Below, in pieces: positions 40,413 through 50,420 of a DNA stretch of 64,000 nucleotides (positions are counted from its first letter, which is position 1; each line of letters begins with the position of its first letter). This stretch comes from an uncultured Gemmatimonadales bacterium (GTDB lineage Bacteria; Gemmatimonadota; Gemmatimonadetes; Gemmatimonadales; GWC2-71-9). A program made the translations under genes and the position numbers. The DNA is taken from assembly GCA_963779755.1 (NCBI GenBank), contig CAVZZO010000003.1, forward strand, positions 1,184,001 through 1,248,000, read 5' to 3'. Under the pieces are notes generated by a model. It saw nothing but the letters and a program-made list of their open reading frames with translations. It searched no databases and was not told the origin of the DNA.

Positions 40413-41759
40413 TCAGACCGCGATGCTGTACCGTTTGATCTTGTTGATCAGGGTGGCCCGGGAGATCCCCAGCTCCAGGGCGGCCCGGGTACGGTTTCCG
40501 CTGTGGTGCCGCAGCGTCCGCTCGATGTGCTGCCGCTCCAGATCGTCCAGCGACAGCGGGGTATGCCGCCGGTCGCCCGGGCCGGCCCGGGCGCGGAACT
40601 CGCCCGGCAGGTGCTCGACCTGCACCTCGGGCTTCCCCTGCGCCAGGATCAGCGCCCGCTCCAGGACGTTGCGCATCTCGCGCACGTTCCCGGGCCAGGC
40701 ATAGCTGAGCAGGCGCTCCAGCGCCTCGGACGAAATCTGCTCCGGGCCGCCCGGCACCTGGCTCCGCAGATCGGCCATGATCCGGCTGATGAGCTGGAGC
40801 TTGTCCTCGCGCGAGCGGTCGCGCACCGGAGGAAGATGCAGCGGCATGACACTCAGCCGGTAGTACAGGTCCTCACGGAACCGGCCGGCCTCGACTTCCG
40901 CGGCGATGTCCTTGTTGGTGGCGGTAATGAGCCGGACATCCACGCTGATCTCCCGGGTGCCGCCCAGCCGGCGGAAGCTTTTCGTCTCCAGCACCTTCAG
41001 CAGCTTGGGCTGCAGTTCCAGCGCCATGTCGCCGATTTCATCCAGAAAGATGGTGCCGTGATCGGCGATCTCGAAGAGCCCCTGCTTGCGCTCCTTGGCG
41101 TCGGTGAAGGCGCCCTTCTCGTGTCCGAACAGTTCGGAATCGAGGAACGTGGCGCTGAGGCCGCCGGCGTTCACCTCCACGAACGGCGCTTTGGCCCGGG
41201 GGCTCAGATTGTGGATCATCCGGGCCACCCAGCCCTTCCCCGACCCGCTCTCGCCTTCCAGCAGCACCGTGGTGCGTTCGCTCTGGGCCAGCAGGCCAAT
41301 CTGACGCGCAAATTCCTGCATGCCAGGCGAGCGGCCCAGGGATTCCAACCCCTGATCCGGCGCGATATGCGACAGGAGCATCTGGTTCACCCGCCGCAGG
41401 CGGACCTTGTCGGCCACCCGGGCGGTGGCGGCGACCAGATGCCCCATGTCGACCGGCTTGGTGAGAAAGTTCTCCGCGCCCAGCTGCATCGCGCGCACCG
41501 CGGTCGGCACGTCGCCGCCGCCCGTCAGCAGGATGACCGCCGCGCCCTGCTCCCGCAGCCGTTCCAGGACTTCCATCCCGTTCATCCCCGGCAGATGCAG
41601 ATCGAGGATGACGACGTCGGGCCGCTGCCGCTCGTAGCTGCCGAGACCGGCCTCGCCGCTCAGCTCGCGGTGGACCTCATAGCCCACCTGCTCGAAGTAG
41701 TTACCGATCGAGCGGAGCACCTCGACATCGTCGTCAATCAAGAGGACCGAATCCGCCAT
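40413..41759 (-). CDS. Sigma54-dependent response regulator (NtrC/AtoC family)
   Basis: Receiver domain, GESGSGK, SELFGHEKGAFTDA, FLDEIG, WPGNVRE, C-terminal HTH. Confidence 0.95.
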   Translation of the reverse strand: MADSVLLIDDDVEVLRSIGNYFEQVGYEVHRELSGEAGLGSYERQRPDVVILDLHLPGMNGMEVLERLREQGAAVILLTGGGDVPTAVRAMQLGAENFLTKPVDMGHLVAATARVADKVRLRRVNQMLLSHIAPDQGLESLGRSPGMQEFARQIGLLAQSERTTVLLEGESGSGKGWVARMIHNLSPRAKAPFVEVNAGGLSATFLDSELFGHEKGAFTDAKERKQGLFEIADHGTIFLDEIGDMALELQPKLLKVLETKSFRRLGGTREISVDVRLITATNKDIAAEVEAGRFREDLYYRLSVMPLHLPPVRDRSREDKLQLISRIMADLRSQVPGGPEQISSEALERLLSYAWPGNVREMRNVLERALILAQGKPEVQVEHLPGEFRARAGPGDRRHTPLSLDDLERQHIERTLRHHSGNRTRAALELGISRATLINKIKRYSIAV

Positions 41760-41910
41760 CCTGGAGCCTCCCGGTGCCGCCGGGCGGGGCAGCGATGAAA
41801 TCCCCGGTGCCCCGGGGGAGTAACATGAATGGTGCGCTGCGGTGCGCCTGTACGCGTGGTGGATCGAAGCAGCCCGACCAGAAACTTAACAGTTTCCCCG
41901 GCGCCGTGGG

Positions 41911-42816
41911 TCACCCCCCGGCAGGCACCAGTACCCGGATGGCGCCGGGGACGATCGTGGCGGTAAACGGCGTGGAGCCTCCAGGCTCGCCGTCCAGCTG
42001 CGCCGGCTGGGCCGGGGTCGATTCGACCCGGACCTCCCGGCCGCGGGCGAAACCGACGAAATCCACCTGCGCCTTGGCGGAGGAGGTGGCCCGCAGCAGA
42101 TCCCACACCGCGCGCACCCCTTCGCCCAGGTTGTCGGCCCGCATGACCACCACGTCGAGCAGGCCGTCTTCCGGCGAGATGCCGGGCCCCAGGCGGATGA
42201 GCGGGGGAATCACTTCGCCGCAGTTGGCCACCAGCACCATGGCGGCGTGCGCGTCGTACACCTTTCCATCCACGGTGATGACATAATCCACCGAGCGCAG
42301 GTGGGTGAGCAGCCGGAAGGTGGTAGCGACATACGCGCCCATGCCCCAGCGCCGCTTGTGCTCCGAGGGCGTCTCCGCCATCACCCGCGCATCGTAGCCG
42401 GCGCCGCAGGCCACGGCGAAATAGTGCACCCCGTCCGGCCGCTCCATGGCGCCGAGGTCCAGCCGGCGCGGGCTCGCCCGCAGCAGGGCCGCTGCCGCCC
42501 GCACCGGGTTGGTGGGAATGCGCAGGTTGCCCGCCAGCAGGTTGCCGGTGCCGCCGGGGATGAGCCCCAGCCGCACGTCGGTTCCCACCAGGCTGGCGGC
42601 GGCCTGCATGGTGGTGCCGTCGCCCCCGAAGACCACCACGGTGTCCATGCCGTCGTTTACCCCGTCCAGTGCGATCCGGCGCGCGTCGCCGGGGCCGCAG
42701 GTGGCCACCAGCTCGACCGACCATCCCCCGCCCCGCAGGGTGTCCAGCACCGACTGGACTACGGCGGGCGCCGTGCGGGCGGCCGCGGGGTTGGTGATGA
42801 TGAGGGCGCGCGTCAT
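41911..42816 (-). CDS. Diacylglycerol/lipid kinase family protein
   Basis: ITNPAA, GGDGT, PGGTGNLLA, QLDGE. Confidence 0.93.
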   Translation of the reverse strand: MTRALIITNPAAARTAPAVVQSVLDTLRGGGWSVELVATCGPGDARRIALDGVNDGMDTVVVFGGDGTTMQAAASLVGTDVRLGLIPGGTGNLLAGNLRIPTNPVRAAAALLRASPRRLDLGAMERPDGVHYFAVACGAGYDARVMAETPSEHKRRWGMGAYVATTFRLLTHLRSVDYVITVDGKVYDAHAAMVLVANCGEVIPPLIRLGPGISPEDGLLDVVVMRADNLGEGVRAVWDLLRATSSAKAQVDFVGFARGREVRVESTPAQPAQLDGEPGGSTPFTATIVPGAIRVLVPAGG

Positions 42817-42831
42817 GGGTTCGGGACCCTG

Positions 42832-42910
42832 CCCCGACCCCCTCGACCCTCTCGACCCTCGGTGATGGTCGAGGGGGTCGAGGGGGTCAAGGGGGTCAAG
42901 GGGGTCAAGG
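42832..42910. repeat. Inverted nonamer arrays (CCCTCGACC / GGTCRAGGG x5)
   Basis: Read directly; same family as 37147. Confidence 0.85.
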
Positions 42911-42922
42911 TCATCCGGCTCA

Positions 42923-45900
42923 TCAATACTCCTTCTCCCACAATACATCCACGCCGAACTGGTACCGCAGCGACGAGTTGGTGTAGGAAACCGCGCCCGT
43001 GGGACGGCAATCGATGATCGGCTCGAAGCTGGTCTGGAAGCGCCAGATGTGGGTGAAGCGGTACTCCAGGCTGGCGCCCAGGCTGCGGGTGCTCAAATTG
43101 CCCAGGTCGGCCCGGCAGACGCCGGCGTTGATGGTAAAGAACGCCTTGTTCCCCAATTGCCAGCCCGCCGCCACCTGGGTCAGGCCGGTGGCCCCGGAGA
43201 GCGGCGAGCTACCGGTCCGGATCTCGACGAAATCGATGGGGATGCCGACGTCCGACACCAGGGTCCGCTGAATCTCGCTGGAGAGGGCGCTGGAAAGGTA
43301 GGCCAGGCCCGCCTCCAGGGCCGCCACCCGCTGCGCGTTCTGGCCGGTGCCCAGCACCGGCAGTTCGGGCGAGGGCCGGCCGAACATGAGGTAACTGAGG
43401 AGCTCCGTCTCGCTGGGCTGGGGCCGCAGCGTGGTCGTCAGCGTCAGCTTGGGCTGCAGCAGCGTGCCGGTAATCTGCGCGATGACGGGGATGTCTTCCC
43501 CCTCGGATTGCACCGTATGGGTGGCGGAGATATTCAGCTCGGCATTCAGATCAGGGGTGCCGAAGTAGCGCACGGTTCCCCGGTTCACGTCGAAATCCCG
43601 GGTGACAAACCCCACCTTGAGCGTGTAGGTGCCCCGCAGCGCCGTCAGCGTGCCGTCGAAGCGGTAGTTCTCGCCGGTCTTGTTGACGGTGATGGTCCCT
43701 TCCAGCTGGATATTGGCATCGCTGGAGCGCAGCCAGAACTGGTCCTGCACCGACAGGGTCAGGTCCTGGATGTTGAGCGAGTCGAGAAAGAGGCTCTGGA
43801 ACTGCGGCCCCAGCCGCTGGGCCCTGATGAAAGTGGTGTCGATCAGGTCAGCCCCCAGCGGATCGGACAGGTCCACGATCCGCTTGGTCACCAGGTCGGC
43901 GAAGTGCAGCACGCCGCTCTGGGCGGTGACGTTGCCCGTCAGGCTGGCCCCGAACACCGGCCCCGTGATGCCCATGTGCCCGTCCAGCTCCAGCGTCAGG
44001 AAGGTGGGATCGTCGATCGCCAGAAACCGGGTGGCCTGCAGATTGAGGTTGAGCACCGGGTGCGTCAGGTTGGCCAGGCGGATGAACCCGCTCATGGTGA
44101 GAAACCCGGGGCCGCTGGTGGTGCGCAGCCGCTCCACCACGATACTGTCGCCGGTGAAGTGGAACCGGCTGGCCAGATAGCCGTAGCGCACCCCCAGCGC
44201 CGGCACCGTGGCGGCGCCGCGTACCGTTTCCAGGTATCCCGACAGCCTCGGCGCCGCCCAGGCCCCGGTCACTTCGATGTCGGCGGTCATGAGCCCCTCC
44301 ACCCGCCGGAGGTTGGGGGTGAACGCCTCGAGCAACGCCAGGTCCACACTGTCCGCCTGGGCGTGGACATAGAGATCGCCCGCTACCTGGCGCTTCTTCA
44401 CCTGCTGCAGGGCCAGATCCAGGGGCAGCCGCGCCTCCACCCGCAGCACCCGTACCCCCGTCTTCCAGAGCAGCAGGTTGGCATCCAGGAGGTGATCCTG
44501 GTACTGGAAGACGCCCTGCACGAAGGGGGCGTGGAAATCGCCGAAGACGACATCGCCCAGGGTCCCCTCGCCGGTGAACCGGGGCGCCGCGGCGGTGCCG
44601 CTCAGGTCGAGATCGAGCGAGACCTCGCCCCCGACGCCGGTGGTATCGCGCTGCAGCAGCGCGTAGATGTCTTCCAGGTTGATGCCCCGCGCCTCCACCC
44701 GCAGCTGGCCGGCCGCCTGGCGGGGCAGCGACCCGTTCAGCAGCAGGTGCCCCGAGCCGTCGCCGCTCATGAGGGCCAGGCTGTCGAGCGCGATGGCCAG
44801 GCTGTCCACCCGGATGAGCGTGGGCTGCCGCAGGCGCCAGTCGTGTTCCGGCAGCGCCAGGGTGAGCGTATCCAGCGCCAGCACCCAGCCGGTGCCGTCC
44901 TGCTTCCACCAGGTGCCGCCGCCGCTCGCTTGGGCGTAGGGGCCCGCCCCCAGGGAGCCGGCCCAGGCCAGCGAGTCGGCCCACCCGTCCAGATTCGCCC
45001 GCAGGTTGCGGTAGGTGGCGCCGCCCACGGCGAGCGAATCGGAACGGACCGTGGCCTGGAGGCGGGCCCGCTGGCCCCCGTCCCAGACCAGCGTTCCCTC
45101 CAGCGCGGGGGACTGGTACCGCCGCCAGGCGAACTGCTGGACGCCGAGATCGGCCTCCGCATGGAGCGAATCGAGCGAACCGGTGAGCGTCACCCCGGCG
45201 GTAGCGTAGCCGCTCAGCGCCTGGCTCAGGGCGGAGGTGTCGGGCCCCAGCCCGGTGAGCGCGGTGAGCAGCGAGTCGAACGGCGCCAGCGAAACCGACT
45301 GTCCGGTGAGCGTCAGGGTGCCGGTATGCGGACGCACCCATCCCAGCGTGCCGCTGCCCGCCACCCGCCCCGAATCGGCGCCGCCGTCCCAGCTTACCTG
45401 CAACGTGTCCAGCCGCAGCATGCTGTCGTGCACCGCTACCAGGGCGAGGGCGCTGTCCAGCCGGAACTCCCGCACCCAGCTCGAGTCCAGCGCCACCTCC
45501 AGCGAGCCTTCCGGCGCCTGCAGCGTATCCATCACCCCGTCCGCCAGCAGATGCCCGTTGAGTCTGGTCGTCAGGCCCCGGCCGGTGAGCGCGCCCAGGT
45601 CGAGCCGCCGGAAATCCACGGTGACGCTGTCGGCGCCCCAGCGGGGCGGCTCCAGGGTCACCGGCCCCGCCAGGCGGACGCTCCCCAGCTCACCGGTGAG
45701 ATCGGTATTCACCTGGAGCCGGGCCAGGGTGCCGTGCGCCTCGAAGTGCCCGCGCACCTCTCCCTGGGTCTTGAGCCAGGGGAAGGCGGGCCGGATGCCG
45801 GCGAAGGCGAGCGGCGCCAGCTGAACGTCGGCATCCAGCCCCAGCACCTCCCCCCGGGTATCCAGGTGCACGGTGCCGTCGGCTGCGCTCACCGGCAGGC

Positions 45901-47353
45901 TGTCGTCCTGATGCTCGATATGCCCGGTGAAGGTCACGTCCTTCCAGGGTCCGTCGATCACCCCCTGCAGCCGGCCGCGGCCGTGCAGCACCACGGCCGG
46001 CGCGAGCCGCCGTACGGTGGCCAGGTCGATGCTGGAGGAGTCCAGCATGAACTGGTGGAAGGCCAGTCCGTCGGGGCCGCCCAGGGTCACCGCGCCCTCG
46101 CCGCGGAGCCGGGTCACCGGTTCGCCCGCCACCCGCGCGTCGGCAAAGTCCCAGTCGAGCGCCACCAGCATGCGGTCAAAGAACCCGTCGGCCTGGAGCG
46201 TGCCGTCTACCCGGCCGTAGAACGGCAGCGTATCCAGGAACCCGCGTACCGCGTCCAGATCGAGCCGGTGCAGAGTGAGATCGAGATCGCGCACCCCCAG
46301 GCCGCGGTGGGCATCGAGGATGGCGGTGAGCGCGCCGTCCAGCGAGCCGGGCCCGCCCTCCAGATGGAGGTTACGCACCACGAAGTCGGTCCGCGTGTTC
46401 GAGACGGAGTTGGCGGTGAGCAGGGCCCGGCCCGTCATCGCGGGAAAGGCGGGCGTCACCCAGCGCACGTCGCGCAGATCCAGCTGGGGAACCTGGAAGG
46501 ACAGGTCGTAGAGCAGGTTGCCCGATGGAAAGTGCACCGTGCCGCCGCCGGCGAACCGGGTGTTGGGCAGGGCGGCATGCAGCGCGCTCACCACCGCGCT
46601 GTCGCCCTGGACCAGCACTCGGCCGGCGAAATCGCGCAGCGCAATGGCCGGGTCGCTCAGGTTGGCGGCAACCGAATCGGCTTCGAAGGTGACCGGCTCG
46701 TGCTGGGGCGAGCTGATCCGCACCAGCGGCAGGCGGGCCGAGAAATCGCTGGCCGTCACCACCTTGCGCAGTCCCTCGGGCGAGGATTCGATCACCCGGC
46801 CGGGCCGCGCGCGGTCGCGCGCCAGCGCCGCGTCCCGCCCCGCCGCGGTGCGCACCGAGTCCGGGGGATGCCAGGGCGTGGCGATCCGCAGCGTGGCCGA
46901 ATCGATCCGCACCTCCCGCAACTCGATGAGCGGGGGCGTGCCGCCCCCCTTGCCCTGCCCCAGCCGGAGGATGTCCTCATAGTTCATCCGGCCTGAGGGA
47001 TGCTTGATGATGTTGAACTCGGGCCGCTCCAGCCGCAGCCGGTGCAGTACGATCCGGCCGGCCACCAGGTTGGGCAGCTGATAACCCACCTCCAGGTGCG
47101 GCACCCGGGCGAAGAGCACGCCGGCGGTGTCCCTCAGGGTCACGTCATCCAGCCGCAACCCGAACAGAAAACTCCCGTGGATGGCGCCGATCTCCAGATC
47201 GCCGTTGAGCACGCCGTCCAGCGCCTGGCTGACTTCCCGCGCCACCAGGCGGCGGCCCGGCGGCGTCAGGATGAGCGCCGCCAGGACGCCCAGGATGGCC
47301 GGAATGGTTCCCAGCAGCAGGACGAGCAGGGCGTGGATCAGGCGCCGGCGCAT
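42923..47353 (-). CDS. tamB: Translocation and assembly module TamB-like protein
   Basis: N-terminal TM, long beta-rich body, ELLSYLMFGRP near C-terminus; downstream of Omp85 gene. Confidence 0.85.
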   Translation of the reverse strand: MRRRLIHALLVLLLGTIPAILGVLAALILTPPGRRLVAREVSQALDGVLNGDLEIGAIHGSFLFGLRLDDVTLRDTAGVLFARVPHLEVGYQLPNLVAGRIVLHRLRLERPEFNIIKHPSGRMNYEDILRLGQGKGGGTPPLIELREVRIDSATLRIATPWHPPDSVRTAAGRDAALARDRARPGRVIESSPEGLRKVVTASDFSARLPLVRISSPQHEPVTFEADSVAANLSDPAIALRDFAGRVLVQGDSAVVSALHAALPNTRFAGGGTVHFPSGNLLYDLSFQVPQLDLRDVRWVTPAFPAMTGRALLTANSVSNTRTDFVVRNLHLEGGPGSLDGALTAILDAHRGLGVRDLDLTLHRLDLDAVRGFLDTLPFYGRVDGTLQADGFFDRMLVALDWDFADARVAGEPVTRLRGEGAVTLGGPDGLAFHQFMLDSSSIDLATVRRLAPAVVLHGRGRLQGVIDGPWKDVTFTGHIEHQDDSLPVSAADGTVHLDTRGEVLGLDADVQLAPLAFAGIRPAFPWLKTQGEVRGHFEAHGTLARLQVNTDLTGELGSVRLAGPVTLEPPRWGADSVTVDFRRLDLGALTGRGLTTRLNGHLLADGVMDTLQAPEGSLEVALDSSWVREFRLDSALALVAVHDSMLRLDTLQVSWDGGADSGRVAGSGTLGWVRPHTGTLTLTGQSVSLAPFDSLLTALTGLGPDTSALSQALSGYATAGVTLTGSLDSLHAEADLGVQQFAWRRYQSPALEGTLVWDGGQRARLQATVRSDSLAVGGATYRNLRANLDGWADSLAWAGSLGAGPYAQASGGGTWWKQDGTGWVLALDTLTLALPEHDWRLRQPTLIRVDSLAIALDSLALMSGDGSGHLLLNGSLPRQAAGQLRVEARGINLEDIYALLQRDTTGVGGEVSLDLDLSGTAAAPRFTGEGTLGDVVFGDFHAPFVQGVFQYQDHLLDANLLLWKTGVRVLRVEARLPLDLALQQVKKRQVAGDLYVHAQADSVDLALLEAFTPNLRRVEGLMTADIEVTGAWAAPRLSGYLETVRGAATVPALGVRYGYLASRFHFTGDSIVVERLRTTSGPGFLTMSGFIRLANLTHPVLNLNLQATRFLAIDDPTFLTLELDGHMGITGPVFGASLTGNVTAQSGVLHFADLVTKRIVDLSDPLGADLIDTTFIRAQRLGPQFQSLFLDSLNIQDLTLSVQDQFWLRSSDANIQLEGTITVNKTGENYRFDGTLTALRGTYTLKVGFVTRDFDVNRGTVRYFGTPDLNAELNISATHTVQSEGEDIPVIAQITGTLLQPKLTLTTTLRPQPSETELLSYLMFGRPSPELPVLGTGQNAQRVAALEAGLAYLSSALSSEIQRTLVSDVGIPIDFVEIRTGSSPLSGATGLTQVAAGWQLGNKAFFTINAGVCRADLGNLSTRSLGASLEYRFTHIWRFQTSFEPIIDCRPTGAVSYTNSSLRYQFGVDVLWEKEY

Positions 47354-49473
47354 CAGAAGGGCTGCCCGATGGCGAACTGGAAGGTGAAACGCGACGTCCG
47401 CGCCCGGGAGAAACGGTCGCGGATCAGCGTCAGCTCGCCGGTGGCCGGGTTCGATTCGTAGAGCGCGCCCGGCAGGTCGCGGTAGCCGTTATAGGCGATA
47501 TCCAGCCGGGCCGGCCCCAGGGGCGTCGCGATGCGGAAGCCGAAGCCCGGCGTCACCCGGAGAGCCGCGGGGGCCAGGTCGGTCCTGCCCCGCTCCCACA
47601 GCGTTCCCGCGTCCACGAACAGCGCCAGCCGCAGCCGCGAACTGAACACCGGCGAGGGCACCCGCAGCTCGACATTCCCCACTCCCAGGGTGTTGCCTCC
47701 GGTGGCGGAGAAGCGCACCGCGGCCGTGCCGCTGTCCACCAGGGCCAGCACCGAATCGGGCGGCAGCTCGCTGGTCACGACATAGACGCCGGGCCCCAGC
47801 TCGTTGCGGGGAAACCCGCGCACGTCGTTGGGGCCCCCGGCGTAGAACCGCTGGTCGGGCGGCACGAAGTTCACCGACTGGGAGGTGAACGCCACCGGCG
47901 GCGCGAAGATCAGGCCGCCGCGCAGGCGCCAGCTCAGCACCACGTCGCGCGAGAGCTCCCGGTACCAGGCCACGTCCGCGACCACTTTTACAAACTGTTC
48001 CAGCGAGGAGGAACCCAGGAACTTCGAGCTGATCGTGGCCTCGGTGGAGGCGCGGTAGCCGCGGGACGGGTCCAGCGGATTGTTGGTGCGCGGCAGGCTG
48101 GCCGACGCGGTCAGCGTACCCAGGAACCGGGACTGCCGCAGCTGGCTGATATCCCCGGCCGTGCAGGCGCTGAAGAAGGCGCAGAAGATGGCGGCGGAGG
48201 CCTCGGTCCGGCCGTAGGAGAGCTTGTAGCCCAGGCTGAAGGGAATCCGCCGGGTGGTTTCCCGGTCCACCGTGAAGCTCCCGCCCACCTCGTTCCGCAG
48301 ATAGATCCGGTACTCGCTGCGGCGCTCGGCGTACACGGTGTAGGTCGCGGTGTTGCGGGGGGAGAGGAACGCCGGCTTCCGCACCGAGGCGGTCACGTTG
48401 TAGTTGAGCAGCCGGGACCCGATCGAATCCGACTTGAGCGCCGGGCAGAACGAGCTGTTCTCCAGCCCCCAGTCCGTGGGCGAGCCTACGCCGAGCTTGG
48501 AAACGCGGCCGGAGAGATCAAGCACCCGGCCGCCGCCCAGGAAGTTGCGCGCCGTCCAGCCCACGCCCCCGCGGAAGCAGTCGGTGGTGCCGTAGCCCGC
48601 GCTGCCGCGCCAGCGGTGCAGCCGGCCGGGCCGGAGATTGATCACCAGCGGCACCGTGCTGTCGCCCGGCTCGAAACGGGCGGAATCGATTCCCACCGCG
48701 ACGAACTGGAACAGCTCGGTCCTGTAGAGCGATCGCTGGCTCTGGTAGAGATCTTCCTGTGAAAACCGCTGGCCCGTCCGGGTGGTGAGCAGCTTTTTCA
48801 CGAAGCTGGTATCTACCGGCGATTCACCGTTCACCCGGATCGGGCCGATGGTGGCCGGCGTCCCCGGATCCACATCGAGCGTCACTCTGGCGGTCCGGCT
48901 GTCGCGATTCACCTCGAAGTTGCGGAACACCCGGGCGGAGGGATAGCCGCGGTCGCGCAGGCGCCGCACCAGGCTGTCGCTCGAGGCGGCCATGGCGAGG
49001 CGGTTGAAGGGATCGCCCACCTGCAGGGGCAGATCCACCAGCAGGTTGCCGCGGCGGGGAACCGAATCCAGCCCGTTGACATCGAACGCCTGCACGATAA
49101 CCGGCGGCCCTTCCTTGATGGTGAACGTGATCTTGATCCCGTCGTCCGACCGCGCCAGCGAGGTGTCCACGGTGGCATCGGGATAGCCGCTCAGCCCGTA
49201 GAGCAGCTTGATGCGCAGCACGTCGCGGCGGAACTGCGTGGGGTCGAACGTCCGCTTCTCACCCAGGCCCGTCCAGCTCACCAGCGGACTGGTGGCGAAC
49301 CAGCTCGAGTTGGTGGTCGCGATGGCGGCGGCGAGTGTGGCGTCGTCGATCGCGTGATTGCCGTTGAAGTCGAGTCCCCGCACCACCATCCCCGGGGATT
49401 GCTGCGCCCATGCCGATGCCGGCAGCACCAGCAGCAGCGCGACCCCCGCGACCAGGCGGCTCAGACGGGGCAT
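47353..49473 (-). CDS. Omp85-family outer-membrane protein (TamA/BamA-like)
   Basis: POTRA-like repeats, FYAGGPNDVRGF, TPLGPARLD, C-terminal FQFAIGQPF. Confidence 0.9.
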   Translation of the reverse strand: MPRLSRLVAGVALLLVLPASAWAQQSPGMVVRGLDFNGNHAIDDATLAAAIATTNSSWFATSPLVSWTGLGEKRTFDPTQFRRDVLRIKLLYGLSGYPDATVDTSLARSDDGIKITFTIKEGPPVIVQAFDVNGLDSVPRRGNLLVDLPLQVGDPFNRLAMAASSDSLVRRLRDRGYPSARVFRNFEVNRDSRTARVTLDVDPGTPATIGPIRVNGESPVDTSFVKKLLTTRTGQRFSQEDLYQSQRSLYRTELFQFVAVGIDSARFEPGDSTVPLVINLRPGRLHRWRGSAGYGTTDCFRGGVGWTARNFLGGGRVLDLSGRVSKLGVGSPTDWGLENSSFCPALKSDSIGSRLLNYNVTASVRKPAFLSPRNTATYTVYAERRSEYRIYLRNEVGGSFTVDRETTRRIPFSLGYKLSYGRTEASAAIFCAFFSACTAGDISQLRQSRFLGTLTASASLPRTNNPLDPSRGYRASTEATISSKFLGSSSLEQFVKVVADVAWYRELSRDVVLSWRLRGGLIFAPPVAFTSQSVNFVPPDQRFYAGGPNDVRGFPRNELGPGVYVVTSELPPDSVLALVDSGTAAVRFSATGGNTLGVGNVELRVPSPVFSSRLRLALFVDAGTLWERGRTDLAPAALRVTPGFGFRIATPLGPARLDIAYNGYRDLPGALYESNPATGELTLIRDRFSRARTSRFTFQFAIGQPF

Positions 49474-49884
49474 AGCCTGGAATGGTCGCGCTGCGACATG
49501 TCCTCCCCCAATGCGAAGCCCATCCGCCTGGCGGAGCGCGGAAAGCGCTGGCCGGAAAGCGGACTGACGAATAAGCCTAAGCTCAGTATTTTCGCGATGT
49601 TACGGCGCAGTGTCAACTTCTGTGACGGCGGGCTTTCGGACTGCAGAAGAAGAACCGGAGCCGCGCCGCCACTGTCTGCACCGCCGGGGGAAGTCGGGAT
49701 CGCTCTCTCGGGAGCCGGCGACCCCCGGCTGGGGGTGGCGGCAATTCACGGTCTAATCACGGGCCCCCCTGCATTTTGAAGTCAGCCACTGATCAAGCGG
49801 ATGCAAAGCAGGAATGGCCTGTCCAGGGCTCGGACCGGCCGGGACTTACCTGGCGGGAGGGGAACGCCTCCCCGGAGGGTGGCC

Positions 49885-50397
49885 ATGCGGACATTCCGGC
49901 GATGGGCCGGTTTCGGTATGATCGGCGCAATTCTCCTGCTCGCCGCGACTCCAGCCCTGTCGTCGGGCCAGCAGCCGCGGACCGGGGCGCCGGCGCCCGA
50001 TTTCATCCTGCCCAGCCTCGGCGGTGATACGACCAGGCTTTCCGACTATCACGGCCACCCGGTGGTGCTCAAGTTCTGGGCGACCTGGTGCCCCACCTGC
50101 CGGACGGAGTTGCCCGAGCTGTTGCAGGCCCAGCGGGAGCACGGGGCCGAGGGGCTGGTCGTCATTACCGTGGACAGCGATGACAAGCCCACGCATATCC
50201 GCCATTTCCTCGCCACCATCGACAGCGCCGGCGATCTGCCGGTTCTGGTTGACCGCAACCGGCGGGTGCAGGACCGGTATCGCATTCCCCTGCTGCCGAC
50301 CACCGTCTTCATCGATAGCGCAGGGGTGATCCAGGGCATTCACGCCGGAGCGATTCGCCAGGCGGAACTGGCGGAGGGACTCCGGCGGATTATGTAG
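49885..50397 (+). CDS. TlpA-like thioredoxin-fold protein
   Basis: Signal peptide, APDF, FWATWCPTCRTELP; GGAGGG RBS. Confidence 0.88.
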   Translation: MRTFRRWAGFGMIGAILLLAATPALSSGQQPRTGAPAPDFILPSLGGDTTRLSDYHGHPVVLKFWATWCPTCRTELPELLQAQREHGAEGLVVITVDSDDKPTHIRHFLATIDSAGDLPVLVDRNRRVQDRYRIPLLPTTVFIDSAGVIQGIHAGAIRQAELAEGLRRIM

Positions 50398-50420
50398 AAC
50401 CACACGCCGGGGGGGGACCC

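Noticed and set aside
43049..46996. 1315-aa plus-strand ORF and other long antisense or alternate-frame ORFs (e.g. 115-2271, 11348-13072, 21452-23731)
   Set aside because: Shadow ORFs of real high-GC genes; no recognisable motifs.
49660..49730. Cobalamin riboswitch-like words (GCCACTG, GGGAAG, GAGCC..GACC)
   Set aside because: The 5' core (AGGGAA..CGGTG.AA.TCCG) is not visible; an Infernal search would be needed and I cannot support it by eye.
49815..49829. TGGCCTGTCCAGGGC as a fourth sigma54 promoter
   Set aside because: Has GG-N10-GC but lacks the TTGC/CTGC -12 context; likely chance in GC-rich DNA.
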